Assembly (NCBI GenBank): GCA_902781315.1
Contig: CACZIT010000008.1
Location: 4,176-68,175, forward strand
DNA from: an uncultured Prevotellaceae bacterium
GTDB lineage: Bacteria; Bacteroidota; Bacteroidia; Bacteroidales; Bacteroidaceae
Direction: 5' to 3'
Length of the DNA stretch: 64,000 nucleotides
Below the pieces are notes generated by a model, which saw nothing but the letters and a program-made list of their open reading frames with translations, had not been told where the DNA came from and made no database searches. Position numbers and translations under genes: made by a program. How positions within the stretch are numbered: the stretch's first letter is position 1; each line of letters opens with the position of its first letter. Shown one piece after another: positions 18,192 to 27,462 of the stretch.

Positions 18192-18941
18192 TCAACACGC
18201 CAACCAGTAGCGGCGCTCGTCGGCGTCCATTTTTTCGATGGCATAGCGCAACGCCGTGCGCGGCATCTCGGCGGCGTGCTGGCGCAGAAAATCGCGCAGC
18301 AGGTCCATCGACACGCGCTTGCCCATTTCGCGCAGCATCCATCCTACGGCCTTGTGCATGAGATCGTGCTCGTGATGCAGGTGCATCTCGGCATAGCGCA
18401 GGCACCACGACGCATCGCCCATCTGCGACGTCTTCCACGTGCAGACCATGCTCATGCGCTGTCGCCAGAGGCTCTGGCTGCGCGCCAGTGAATCCACGAG
18501 CGCCCGCTTGTCGCCCAACCGCGTAGGCAGCGTCAGCCAGTGGCCCAGAATCTTTGGTGCCGACAGGTCCACGAGGTCCCAATTGTTAGCGCAGTCGGCA
18601 TAGCGCAAGTACATCCGCACTATCTCGTCGCGCCCACTGATGGCAGCCCCGTCGTCGGCAAGTCGCTTCGTGGCGAGCCGTTCAAACCTCGCGACCAGCA
18701 GCAACAGCCCGCACAGCCGCACCTCGTGCCAGCGGCTCAGCAACAGCTCGGGCACCTCTTCCAACGGGAAGTCGCGCCCTACGGCCCGCACCACCTCGCG
18801 TGTCTGCGGCACCTTCAGCCCCAGAAACTCGTCGCCCTCGCCGTAGTCGCCCTTGCCGGTTTTGAAAAAGCGCATCAGCACCTGCCGCTGCTCCTCGTTG
18901 CGCAGCGACTCCATGTAGTTGATAATTTCCTTTGCCGTCAT
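18192..18941 (-). CDS. DNA alkylation repair protein (AlkD-like HEAT repeat)
   Basis: FFKTGKGDYGEGDEFLG, NNWDLVDLSAP, HKAVGWMLREMGK, PRTALRYAIEK. Confidence 0.88.
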   Translation of the reverse strand: MTAKEIINYMESLRNEEQRQVLMRFFKTGKGDYGEGDEFLGLKVPQTREVVRAVGRDFPLEEVPELLLSRWHEVRLCGLLLLVARFERLATKRLADDGAAISGRDEIVRMYLRYADCANNWDLVDLSAPKILGHWLTLPTRLGDKRALVDSLARSQSLWRQRMSMVCTWKTSQMGDASWCLRYAEMHLHHEHDLMHKAVGWMLREMGKRVSMDLLRDFLRQHAAEMPRTALRYAIEKMDADERRYWLAC

Positions 18942-18967
18942 CGTGATTATTTCTGCAGTTTATTTTT

Positions 18968-18987
18968 GCGACTCGTCGCGTCCCTAC
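18968..18987 (-). repeat. GTAG-type REP
   Basis: Minus strand GTAGGGAC-GCGAC-GA-GTCGC between recQ and the alkD-like gene. Confidence 0.6.
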
Positions 18988-18995
18988 ATGCATTG

Positions 18996-21326
18996 TCATT
19001 CTGTATGTTCTGACTCCCCCTTCTCCTGGTTGTTTCGCTTGATGGTGAGCACGGCATCGCGCTCGCGCGGCTTGCAGTAGGCGGTGTAGAGGTCGTCGTG
19101 ATCCTCGCGGAAAGCCTTGCTGTCGAACTGCAGGGCCGTGCGTGCCGGCATGTAGCTGACGGTGAATTGTTCGGAGCGGAATTTTTCCAGTTGGCCGTCG
19201 GCCATCCGCTGGAGAATGGCAGTGCGCAGCGCCTTTATCTTCTCCTCCAGCTCTGCTTTCTGAGTCAAGAGGCGGTCCAGTTGCTGCTCGTAGCTGCCGA
19301 ACCACTCGGGCGAGGGTGCCACGTCGGGCGCCTCCGCTGCCGAAACGGGTGCCTGCCCCTCCGCGGGTTCTTGCCGCAGGGCCGAAGCCGGCGCAGCCTC
19401 TTCAGCAGGTTCCCATTGAATCGTCGGCGCAGTTCTTTCCGCAGACACCGGCGCAGCCTCTTCCGCGGGCATCACGCCGCCGGGGAAAGGCAGATGGCCC
19501 TGGCTGTCAACGTAATCCCTGATTGTACTGACAAACTCCATTCCGATGGTCCGCGTCTTGTGTTCGCCTATGCCGAACGTGTTGCCGAAGGCAGCGAGCG
19601 TGGTGGGCTTGCCGGCAGCCAGGGCATGCAGCGAGCGGTCGGAGAGCACCACGTAGGCAGGCCACCGCTTCTCGTCGGCAATGCGCTTGCGCAACTGGCG
19701 CAGCCTGTTGAAGAGTTCGGCATCCTCCGCCAGTCCGCCCGTCATGGGCAGCAGCGCCTCCGCCTTCTTCTCCCGCTGTCGGCGCGCCTTCACGCTGTAG
19801 TCCTCGCGGCTAATGGTTGCCAGCCTCACCTCGCGGCGCCCGTAGAGCACGTCGTTGCCGAGGGTGGTCACGCGCAGGTGGCGGTTCTCGTTGTAGGCAA
19901 TCTCCACAAACCCCATCTGAAGCATCTGCAGCAGATAGTCGTGCCAGTCGCGTGCCGACACGTCGAGGCCAGCGCCGAACGTCTTCAGCCGTTGGAAGCC
20001 GTGCGACACCACCTCCGACGAAGGCACGCCGCGCAGCAGGTCGATGAGCACCGTGAAGCCCACGCTCTGCTGCGTGCGCACAATTGCCGAGAGGGCTTTC
20101 TGCACGAGCGCCGTGCCGTCGAACGTCTGTGGCGGCGTGTGGCACACGTCGCAGTTGCCGCAGTTCTTCTCGCTGATTTCGCCGAAGTAGTTCAGCAGGA
20201 TGCGGCGCCGGCACACCTGCGCCTCGGCATACTCCTGCATGCGCAGCAGTTTGTCGAGGTTGATGTCGCGCTGCCCGCTCTCGTCGGCAAAGCGTCGCAG
20301 TGTGATGATGTCCTGCAGGTTATAGAAAAGGATGGTCTCGCAGGGCAGTCCGTCGCGGCCGCCGCGCCCTATCTCCTGATAGAAGCTCTCTATGCTCTTC
20401 GGCAGGTTGTAGTGCACGATGAAGCGCACGTTGCTCTTGTCGATGCCCATGCCGAAGGCTATCGTAGCACAAATCACCTGTATTCTGTCGGCCACGAAAT
20501 CGTCCTGCACGCTGTCGCGCTCGGCAGCCGTCAGACCGGCATGATAGACCCCCACCGACACGCCGGCGCGCTTCAGTTTCTGGGCCAGCGTCTCGGTAGT
20601 CTTGCGTGCCAGACAGTAGATGATGCCGCTCTCGTCGGGATGGCGGCGTATGAGGGCATGGATGGCGCGCAGTTTCTCGGCAGCCGAGTAGCCTCGCTTC
20701 ACGTCGAGGCTCAGGTTGGGGCGGTCGAACGAACTGACGAACGTGCGTGCCTGCTCCAGATGGAGTTGCTTCAGGATGTCGCCCTTCGTCAGTTTGTCGG
20801 CCGTTGCCGTGAGCGCCATGATGGGCACGCCGGGAAACAGTTCGCGCAGTTGCCCCAGCTGCGTGTATTCGGGTCGGAAGTCGTGGCCCCAGTTCGAGAT
20901 GCAGTGGGCCTCGTCGATGGCGAAGAGCGAGATGCGCGCCTTCTGCAGCGTGCTCATCATGCTGCCTACGAGTCGTTCGGGCGAAATGTAGAGCAGTTTC
21001 ACCTTGCCTTCCATGCAGCGGTTGATGATGAAGCGGTTGTGAGCCTCGTCGTTGTTGCTGTTCACTGCTTCTGCCTCTATTCCGTTGGCCTTCAGCGCGC
21101 CCACCTGGTCTTTCATCAGCGAGATGAGGGGCGACACGACGACCGCCATTCCCTCCCTGAGCAGGGCGGGTATCTGGAAGCACAGCGACTTGCCACCGCC
21201 CGTGGGCATCAGCACCAGCGAATCGCCGCCGCCAATGGTGTGGCTGATGATTTCCTCCTGCATCGGGCGGAACGAATCGTAGCCGTAGTAGGATTTCAGT
21301 GTGTGTAGGAGCGTTTCTCTGTTCAT
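18996..21326 (-). CDS. recQ: ATP-dependent DNA helicase RecQ with an extra C-terminal domain
   Basis: MPTGGGKSLC, DEAHCIS, ALTATA, YHAGL, QEIGRGGRDG, Zn-binding CRR...CGNCDVC, RQC and HRDC. Start moved to MNRET. Confidence 0.95.
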   Translation of the reverse strand: MNRETLLHTLKSYYGYDSFRPMQEEIISHTIGGGDSLVLMPTGGGKSLCFQIPALLREGMAVVVSPLISLMKDQVGALKANGIEAEAVNSNNDEAHNRFIINRCMEGKVKLLYISPERLVGSMMSTLQKARISLFAIDEAHCISNWGHDFRPEYTQLGQLRELFPGVPIMALTATADKLTKGDILKQLHLEQARTFVSSFDRPNLSLDVKRGYSAAEKLRAIHALIRRHPDESGIIYCLARKTTETLAQKLKRAGVSVGVYHAGLTAAERDSVQDDFVADRIQVICATIAFGMGIDKSNVRFIVHYNLPKSIESFYQEIGRGGRDGLPCETILFYNLQDIITLRRFADESGQRDINLDKLLRMQEYAEAQVCRRRILLNYFGEISEKNCGNCDVCHTPPQTFDGTALVQKALSAIVRTQQSVGFTVLIDLLRGVPSSEVVSHGFQRLKTFGAGLDVSARDWHDYLLQMLQMGFVEIAYNENRHLRVTTLGNDVLYGRREVRLATISREDYSVKARRQREKKAEALLPMTGGLAEDAELFNRLRQLRKRIADEKRWPAYVVLSDRSLHALAAGKPTTLAAFGNTFGIGEHKTRTIGMEFVSTIRDYVDSQGHLPFPGGVMPAEEAAPVSAERTAPTIQWEPAEEAAPASALRQEPAEGQAPVSAAEAPDVAPSPEWFGSYEQQLDRLLTQKAELEEKIKALRTAILQRMADGQLEKFRSEQFTVSYMPARTALQFDSKAFREDHDDLYTAYCKPRERDAVLTIKRNNQEKGESEHTE

Positions 21327-21348
21327 GGTTGTTTTGCTCGTCTTAGTA

Positions 21349-23058
21349 TCAGTCCAATGCGTCGAGCCACCCCACGAGGGCCACGAGCTCGGCATTCCAG
21401 TTGATGGCGATTTCGTTGGAGGCATACGAGTCCACCACGTCCAGATACGACTCGTCGGGCAGGTTCGAACGATAGGCCGTCTTCACGTCCTTCTTGTCCT
21501 GCTGGCCGGGGTTCGGACCGCCCACCAGCAAGCCCGGGAAAGGTTTTTCAATGGCGTCGGCCTCCGAGATGCGGTGGTGGGGATGCTGCGGACTCTTCGT
21601 GCCGAAGCCCGTCACGAAGCAGTAGCCCAGGGCGTTGCGGCCGAGCACGTAGTCGGCATTCTCGCGTGCTGCCGTGAGGTAGCGCTCGTCGCCCGTCAGC
21701 TGGTGGGCAAACAGCAGCGCCACGCCCGTCGAGCAGAAAGAACCGCCCAGGCAGCCCCAGCCGAAGTCGCCCTTGCCATTGCCCGACGGACTCTGGAAGC
21801 ACGACCCCTCAACGGCCTTCAGCAGGCTGTCGGCGTAGGCCAGCAACTGGCTGCGGCAGGTCTGTACGAGTGCCGTTTCGGGTTTCAGCGTCAGCCATTC
21901 GTAAGCCCCCAGCGCAGCCACGCTGGCCCACGACGGCGCGTGGAATGCCTTCGGCTGCCGTTGCTCGGCATCGCGCAGAAACTTCCCGTCGCCCGAGAGC
22001 AGATAGAGTTCCGTGGCAGCCCAGTACCACTCGTCGTCCAGGAAGGAGTCGCCGTAGGCACCCGTCGTCACGGCGGGCTGGTAAGCCTCGTTCATGGCGT
22101 CCTGCCTGTACAGCACCTGCGGGTTCTGCTCCGCCCAGTGGTAGGCAGCCAGGGCAGCGCGCCGGGCCTGTTCGGCAAACGCCGGATAGTCCTTGTTCCC
22201 CTCCATGAGGCGGGCGGCCTGCGCCATCACCGCAGCGAAGTCCAGCGTCGCCGCTGTGCTCTTGGCCACCACATAGCGCTGCTGGCGGCAGTCGGCGGGC
22301 ATGATGAAGGCTTCGAAACTGGGCGTGGTCAGCTTGTGATAGACGCCGCCGTCCCACGCGTCCTGCATCGTCAGCAGCCACCGCAGGTTGTACATCATCT
22401 CGTCCAGCAAGTCGGCCGTCTGGTTGCCGCTCTCAGGAATGCCTACGTTCAGCTGCCGGAAATATGCCTGCTGCTCGTAGGCACACAGCATCAGGCCGAT
22501 GCTGTACGACGAGTTCACCACATATTTATTATAGTCGCCCGCGTCATACCAGCCGCCGGTCGAACTCACCACGCTGCCCGCAGGTCGGCCGGGCGATGCT
22601 GCCGAGGGATGCACCCTCACCTGCTCGTCGGCATGGCCCTTCGGACGTGCCCACTCGCCGGCATACTGCGCCTCTATCGGCATACCGCTGCGCACCAGGT
22701 AGAACGCCTTCAGCGCGCCTCGCGACACCTCCCGCAACGGCTGCTGCCGGATGCTGAACGGCTGGCGATGCTTCCCCACAGCCACCACGTAGTCGCCCTC
22801 GGCCGAGAGCTGGCTGAAGTCAACCACCGTACGCCGCTTCGCCGAGAAGGGCGAACTGGCCACACGCAGCACGCGCGGCTTCGCCACCTGTCGGCCCGTC
22901 TTCGCATCCAGGATTTTCACTTGCGAGGCTTTCACGACGCCTTCCACCGTGGCTACCTTCTCCTGCCTCGGGGAGAGCCCCACCTGATTCATCCGCACCT
23001 GTGCCTGCATCGCAGCAGCAAGCCCCAGCGCAGCCATTGTTGTCAGTAGTTTCTTCAT
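21349..23058 (-). CDS. Glycoside hydrolase family 9 (endoglucanase)
   Basis: GGWYDAGDYNKY, HPHHR, YASNEIAINWNA; N-terminal Ig-like domain; signal peptide. Confidence 0.92.
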   Translation of the reverse strand: MKKLLTTMAALGLAAAMQAQVRMNQVGLSPRQEKVATVEGVVKASQVKILDAKTGRQVAKPRVLRVASSPFSAKRRTVVDFSQLSAEGDYVVAVGKHRQPFSIRQQPLREVSRGALKAFYLVRSGMPIEAQYAGEWARPKGHADEQVRVHPSAASPGRPAGSVVSSTGGWYDAGDYNKYVVNSSYSIGLMLCAYEQQAYFRQLNVGIPESGNQTADLLDEMMYNLRWLLTMQDAWDGGVYHKLTTPSFEAFIMPADCRQQRYVVAKSTAATLDFAAVMAQAARLMEGNKDYPAFAEQARRAALAAYHWAEQNPQVLYRQDAMNEAYQPAVTTGAYGDSFLDDEWYWAATELYLLSGDGKFLRDAEQRQPKAFHAPSWASVAALGAYEWLTLKPETALVQTCRSQLLAYADSLLKAVEGSCFQSPSGNGKGDFGWGCLGGSFCSTGVALLFAHQLTGDERYLTAARENADYVLGRNALGYCFVTGFGTKSPQHPHHRISEADAIEKPFPGLLVGGPNPGQQDKKDVKTAYRSNLPDESYLDVVDSYASNEIAINWNAELVALVGWLDALD

Positions 23059-23079
23059 TGTTGTTGGTTAATAAATTAT

Positions 23080-23205
23080 GTTCAAAGTTCAAAGCACTTC
23101 GTGCTATGTTCAAGGTTCAAAGTGCTTCGCACTAAGCTCAAAGTTCAAAGCACTTCGCGCTATGTTCAAGGTTCAAGGTGCAAGGCACTTTGTGCTATGT
23201 TCGAA
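23080..23205. repeat. GTTCAA(A/G) heptamers interspersed with four triloop mini-hairpins
   Basis: Hairpins at 23094, 23122, 23150 and 23185 (period 28, 28, 35). Confidence 0.9.
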
Positions 23206-23219
23206 GTGCCTTGCGAAAC

Positions 23220-23420
23220 TTAGTCATTCTCGTCAAGTTGAAACACGTCGTCGACACTCTTGCCGAACACAGCTGCCATCTTCAGCGCAAGCACTGTCGA
23301 AGGCACATACTTGCCTGCCTCGATGGCGTTGATCGTCTGCCGCGTCACGCCGATGCGCTCGGCCAGCTGCTGCTGCGTCATGCGCAAGATGGCACGCTCC
23401 ACGCGAATGTTATTCTTCAT
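23220..23420 (-). CDS. Small XRE-family HTH regulator
   Basis: MTQQQLAERIGVTRQTINAIEAGKYVPS. Confidence 0.9.
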   Translation of the reverse strand: MKNNIRVERAILRMTQQQLAERIGVTRQTINAIEAGKYVPSTVLALKMAAVFGKSVDDVFQLDEND

Positions 23421-23892
23421 CGCCGCCCTCCTTTCTCATTTTGCGCAGTTCCCATTGGAATTTCGCAATGTAGATCAGGAACAGCGAGAAGAGCCAGAAC
23501 AACAGGAACCACAGGTAGAAGGCACCGAAGAAGAACCATGTGCCCAGAATGAGCAGCACGGTATTGGCCTTAATGGCCCAGACGAAAGAGTGCAACCGCA
23601 GGTGCTCAACGTACTCATCCTCGTCTTTCTCACGAGAAAAGGCCACGAAGAGCAAACCCAGTGACATCGCCACAATGCAGATCTCGTCGAACATCCCTTC
23701 ACGCTGCACGCCGACGAACAGTTCTGCATCATGCTGGAAACCCGCCTCGATTACGAGCGTTGGGAAGCTGATCAGGTCGTCGTCGATGGCATTCGTGCAC
23801 ATCGGCCCAACGAAGAAAAGCAACGCGAACGGCAGAAACAAGCTCCACCCAATCCACTTGAACCGGTGTGGAAACAGATAATCCTTTTTCAT
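23410..23892 (-). CDS. Membrane protein coupled to the XRE regulator
   Basis: Four hydrophobic segments and an FSREKDEDE motif; start uncertain (23892, 23913 or 23934). Confidence 0.75.
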   Translation of the reverse strand: MKKDYLFPHRFKWIGWSLFLPFALLFFVGPMCTNAIDDDLISFPTLVIEAGFQHDAELFVGVQREGMFDEICIVAMSLGLLFVAFSREKDEDEYVEHLRLHSFVWAIKANTVLLILGTWFFFGAFYLWFLLFWLFSLFLIYIAKFQWELRKMRKEGGDEE

Positions 23893-24132
23893 TGTTTTCA
23901 GTTTGTTAATCATTTCAGAATCTTTTTCATTCACTCTTCAGCATGCTGTGCAATCATCGTCGCTGCGCAGTTCGACGATTATTACGCTGCAAAAGTAATG
24001 ACTTCTTTTCAAAATGTAAAACAAACAAGACAAAAAGTTTTCTAAATTATACTTATTTAACAATATTAAGCCAACGCCTAAGTAAGATGCTGAGCGGTCA
24101 AAGGTTGCCCCTCATCCCCATGTCCCTTCTAT

Positions 24133-24153
24133 TACAGGCGGATTCTATCCGCC
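24133..24153. repeat. REP-like hairpin at the transposase 3' end
   Basis: TACA-GGCGGAT-tct-ATCCGCC; a related copy lies at 25367-25387. Confidence 0.75.
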
Positions 24154-24155
24154 CC

Positions 24156-25184
24156 CTATCGGCCAACGAGCAGCCGCCCTATCTCATTCAGGGCCACGAA
24201 TCGATAGCGATTAGAATGATGAGGAATAGGAGCATAACTGTAGTGCTTGGCTTCTGCCTTCCTGCGGAGGACATCCTCGGCTGCTTTTACTATCAACGGA
24301 GCTTCGTATGCACTCTCTTTGGGTTCCAAGAGCAACAGCCGCCCTTTTGAACAAGCATCGAAATAGACTCCGCCCGGCTTGTAGTACCGCTCATGGGGCG
24401 AACCTTCGGCAGGAAAGCCATCAGCCAAAAGCACTACCAATGGGTAGCCCTGCTCGCGTATGTATCTGGCGATCTGTCGCTCACCGCCGCTGATGGCAGC
24501 CGTGTAGGTGACGGCTCCATTATGTGCTGCAGCCAGCACTTCTTTCTGCCGCTCAGCAATATGACTGCTGTCAGCGCTTCGCGACATCTTCACCAGTTGA
24601 CGGTCAGGCCAGTCCAAAAGGAAATGGTTGCCCATTGAAGTGAAGGGCAAACCACAAAGTACGGTCTCTCTGTGCATGCGAAATAACTCCGGGTTCTGCC
24701 TTCGCTGCCAGGCTCGTTCAGCATTTGCGTAGACATATTCAATCATTGCATGCAGCTGCCCTTTATGGGTGAGCACCCTATAATAAGGAGGGCCATCGTA
24801 CAGATTGTCCACGATGCCCAGCTTGCGCGCCTCTGCCTTGCAACCCTGCATATATCCGCGCAACACCTCCTTTATGCTTCGCGGCATGGTTCGCATAACC
24901 TGTAACACGATGTGATGATGATCGGGCATCACTTTGTCGGCCAATATCTTTACCTCCGGACAAAGCTCCAGCATGCGGCGCTGCTGATTGATGAGTGCCC
25001 ACCCGATGGGTGTTTTCTCGACTACGGCATTGGCTCCATCGTGCGCAAGTGTGCCGAACAGTAGCTGTCGTGATTTCGCCACCATCGTCACATGCACAAT
25101 GCATGGCTTACGCCATACACTGGGTTCCAGCCACGAAAAGGTTTCGCGTAGAGAGTCCGTCGGTTCTTTTTTGGTATTAGGCAT
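24156..25184 (-). mobile_element. Y1/HUH (IS200/RAYT-like) tyrosine transposase fused to a DprA/SLOG-like C-terminal domain
   Basis: VMPDHHH (HUH position) and EYVYAN (catalytic Tyr position); C-terminal AISGGE...YPLVVLLADGF...GRLLLLEP; flanking hairpins. Confidence 0.75.
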
Positions 25185-25366
25185 GGGTCTATTATTGTGG
25201 GTTAACGATTGGAGAACGGAAATAAAATTTCCTATAAAAGGAACGGAACTATCTCGTCTCTATCAATTTCTAATGCCTCAAACATTGCTGCAAATATACA
25301 AACATTATTCTGTATTTTCAAACTTTACTATCAAAATCTTGCCAATGGGACGCCAGTCCCGTTTTT

Positions 25367-25416
25367 TACAGGCGGATTCCATCAGCCACGCACCCCTGCC
25401 TGTCAACGAGCAGCCG
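25367..25416. repeat. Degenerate direct-repeat copy of the transposase 3'-end hairpin, upstream of the gene
   Basis: TACAGGCGGATTCCATCAGCC...CAACGAGCAGCCG matches 24133-24176. Confidence 0.75.
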
Positions 25417-25472
25417 TCAGATGTTTTACGCTCTCAGAGAAAAAAGGCTATGAAATAACAGTTTGACTGGTG

Positions 25473-25541
25473 TCGAAGGTACTATCGCTCGGAAAAATCC
25501 AAATACATTTGGTTTTTCGCTCACTTATTCGTACCTTTGCA
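25473..25541 (+). repeat. Promoter-carrying dispersed repeat, copy D
   Basis: TCGAAGGTACTATCGCTCGGAAAAATCCAAATACATTTGGTTTTTCGCTCACTTATTCGTACCTTTGCA; TACCTTTG box 8 bp before the ATG. Confidence 0.85.
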
Positions 25542-25547
25542 AAAGAT

Positions 25548-25997
25548 ATGACGGAACTGAATCTTCCCCCCTACCCTGTGCGACTGGGCGGCACGGCTGA
25601 ACGGCCTACCATCTTCGACGTGCTGCGGCGACGCTACGTGGCGCTGACGCCGGAGGAATGGGTGCGCCAGCACTTCGTGCACTTCCTCATCGGCGAAAAG
25701 GGCTATCCGCAGACGCTGCTGGCCAACGAGGTGAAACTGCAGGTGGGCGACAAACGGCTGCGGGCCGACACGGTGGCATACAACCGCGAACTGCAGCCGC
25801 GCATGATCGTGGAATACAAGGCGCCGACGGTAGTGCTGACGCAGCGGGTGTTTGAACAGATATCGGTATACAATCTGCTGCTGCATGTAGACTTTCTCGT
25901 GGTATCAAACGGTCTGCAGCATTACTGCTGCCGCATGAACTACGAACAGGGCTCTTATGAGTTCCTCACCGACGTGCCGCACTACGCGGCGCTGTGA
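25548..25997 (+). CDS. Stand-alone type I restriction HsdR N-terminal domain protein
   Basis: LTPEEWVRQ, RADTV, IVEYKAP, QISVYN, SNGLQH. Start moved to MTELN. Confidence 0.88.
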   Translation: MTELNLPPYPVRLGGTAERPTIFDVLRRRYVALTPEEWVRQHFVHFLIGEKGYPQTLLANEVKLQVGDKRLRADTVAYNRELQPRMIVEYKAPTVVLTQRVFEQISVYNLLLHVDFLVVSNGLQHYCCRMNYEQGSYEFLTDVPHYAAL

Positions 25998-26010
25998 GGG
26001 AGGGGTAAAG

Positions 26011-26066
26011 GTTCAAGGTTCAAAGTTCAAGGTTCAAGGTTCAAAGTTCAAAGTTCAAAGTTCAAA
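26011..26066. repeat. Eight tandem GTTCAA(A/G) heptamers
   Basis: Directly visible between the HsdR_N gene and the sialidase. Confidence 0.95.
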
Positions 26067-26072
26067 TATACA

Positions 26073-27320
26073 ATGGAAAAGGCTATATTGAAGTTACTTT
26101 GTGCTGCAAGGCGCATGTCCTTGCTGATTGCTGCGCTGACGGCACCGCTGGCGGGCGCAGCACAGGAGAACGGGGCGCAGCGGCTGTTTGAAACCGTGGA
26201 GGGTGGCATCCCTTATCGCATTCCGGCCATCACGACGTGCCAGGACGGCACGCTCATCGCCGTGAGCGACTACCGCTATTGCGGCAGCGACATCGGCTAT
26301 GGGGCTGTAGACCTGCACTACCGGCTGAGCGAGGACAACGGACTGACGTGGGGCACGGAGCGCATCCTGGCCGACGGAACGGGACTGGAGGAGGACGTGG
26401 CGCAGCCGGAAACGGCATGGCGCTATGCCTTCGGCGACTGTGCCATCGTGGCCGACAGGGAGAGTCCGGAGGTGGTGGTGCTGTGCGTGGGCGGCAAGAC
26501 CGTCTATAGCCGTGCCACGAGGAGGAATCCGAACCGCGTGGTGCTGTTCCGCAGCCACGACAACGGGCGCTCGTGGGACCAAGGCCGCGAACTGACGGAG
26601 CAGATTTATTCGCTCTTCGACCAGCGGAAGGAAGGACCCGTGCAGAGTCTGTTTGTGGGCTCAGGCAAAATTCATCAGAGCCGCTACGTGAAGACGGGGC
26701 AATACTACCGCCTCTACATTGCACTCTGCACGCTGTCGGGCAACTTCGTGCTCTACAGCGACGACCTGGGCGCTACGTGGCAATTGCTGGGCGAGGCCGA
26801 CCACTCGCCAGCCCGCGACGGCGACGAGCCGAAGTGCGAGGAGCTGCCCGACGGAAGCGTCATCCTGAGTTCGCGCTACTGGGGGCGGCTGTACAACATC
26901 TTCACCTTCACCAATGCCGAGCGGGGTGAAGGCTCGTGGGACCTGCGGGCGAAGGCGCTCGACATGAAGGACATCCGCAATGCCTGCAACGGCGAGATTA
27001 TGCTGTTGCCCGTCACGCGCACGAAAGACCGGAAGAAGGTGTGGATAGCCCTACAGAGTGTGCCCTTCGGCCCCGACCGCCAGAACGTGGGGTTCTATTA
27101 TCACGAACTGCTGGCCGAGCACGAAGGTGCCGCCCTGTTTGCCTACCGCTGGAAGAAGGGCCTGCAGGTGAGCCGTCAGTGGTCGGCCTACAGCACGTTT
27201 ACCCTTCAGCACGACGGTCGCCTCGGCTTCCTGTGGGAAGAGGGTCCCACGGGTTATAACATTGATTACCGCCCGCTGACGGTGGAGGAAATCACCCAGG
27301 GGGAATACGCTTTAAGGTAA
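26073..27320 (+). CDS. Sialidase-like protein (GH33, Asp-box)
   Basis: YRIP motif, three Asp boxes (SEDNGLTW, SHDNGRSW, SDDLGATW), C-terminal AYS; signal peptide. Confidence 0.88.
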   Translation: MEKAILKLLCAARRMSLLIAALTAPLAGAAQENGAQRLFETVEGGIPYRIPAITTCQDGTLIAVSDYRYCGSDIGYGAVDLHYRLSEDNGLTWGTERILADGTGLEEDVAQPETAWRYAFGDCAIVADRESPEVVVLCVGGKTVYSRATRRNPNRVVLFRSHDNGRSWDQGRELTEQIYSLFDQRKEGPVQSLFVGSGKIHQSRYVKTGQYYRLYIALCTLSGNFVLYSDDLGATWQLLGEADHSPARDGDEPKCEELPDGSVILSSRYWGRLYNIFTFTNAERGEGSWDLRAKALDMKDIRNACNGEIMLLPVTRTKDRKKVWIALQSVPFGPDRQNVGFYYHELLAEHEGAALFAYRWKKGLQVSRQWSAYSTFTLQHDGRLGFLWEEGPTGYNIDYRPLTVEEITQGEYALR

Positions 27321-27459
27321 TAGGTAACAGGTAATAGGTAACAGGTAATAGGTAATAGGTAACAGGTAATAGGTGTGATTATTCTTTCTTGTGTTGTCTC
27401 CATAAGCAATCGCAAAAACCAAGAGTAATCACACCTATAACCTGTTACCTGTTACCTAT
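27315..27459. repeat. AGGTAA(T/C) heptamer array forming a 39-bp inverted repeat between convergent genes
   Basis: Arms 27348-27386 and 27421-27459 with three mismatches; likely bidirectional terminator. Confidence 0.85.
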
Positions 27460-27462
27460 CAA

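Noticed and set aside
19098-23049. Long plus-strand ORFs 19098..21308 and 21301..23049
   Set aside because: Antisense shadows of recQ and GH9 caused by GC-rich codon bias; no recognisable motifs.
24036-24063. dif-like site (AGTTTTCTAAA-TTATAC-TTATTTAACAA)
   Set aside because: Only about 7/11 match to the XerD arm, and the local skew polarity is origin-type, not terminus-type.
25548-25997. Type I restriction-modification system
   Set aside because: Only a 149-aa HsdR N-terminal domain; no helicase domain, hsdM or hsdS nearby.
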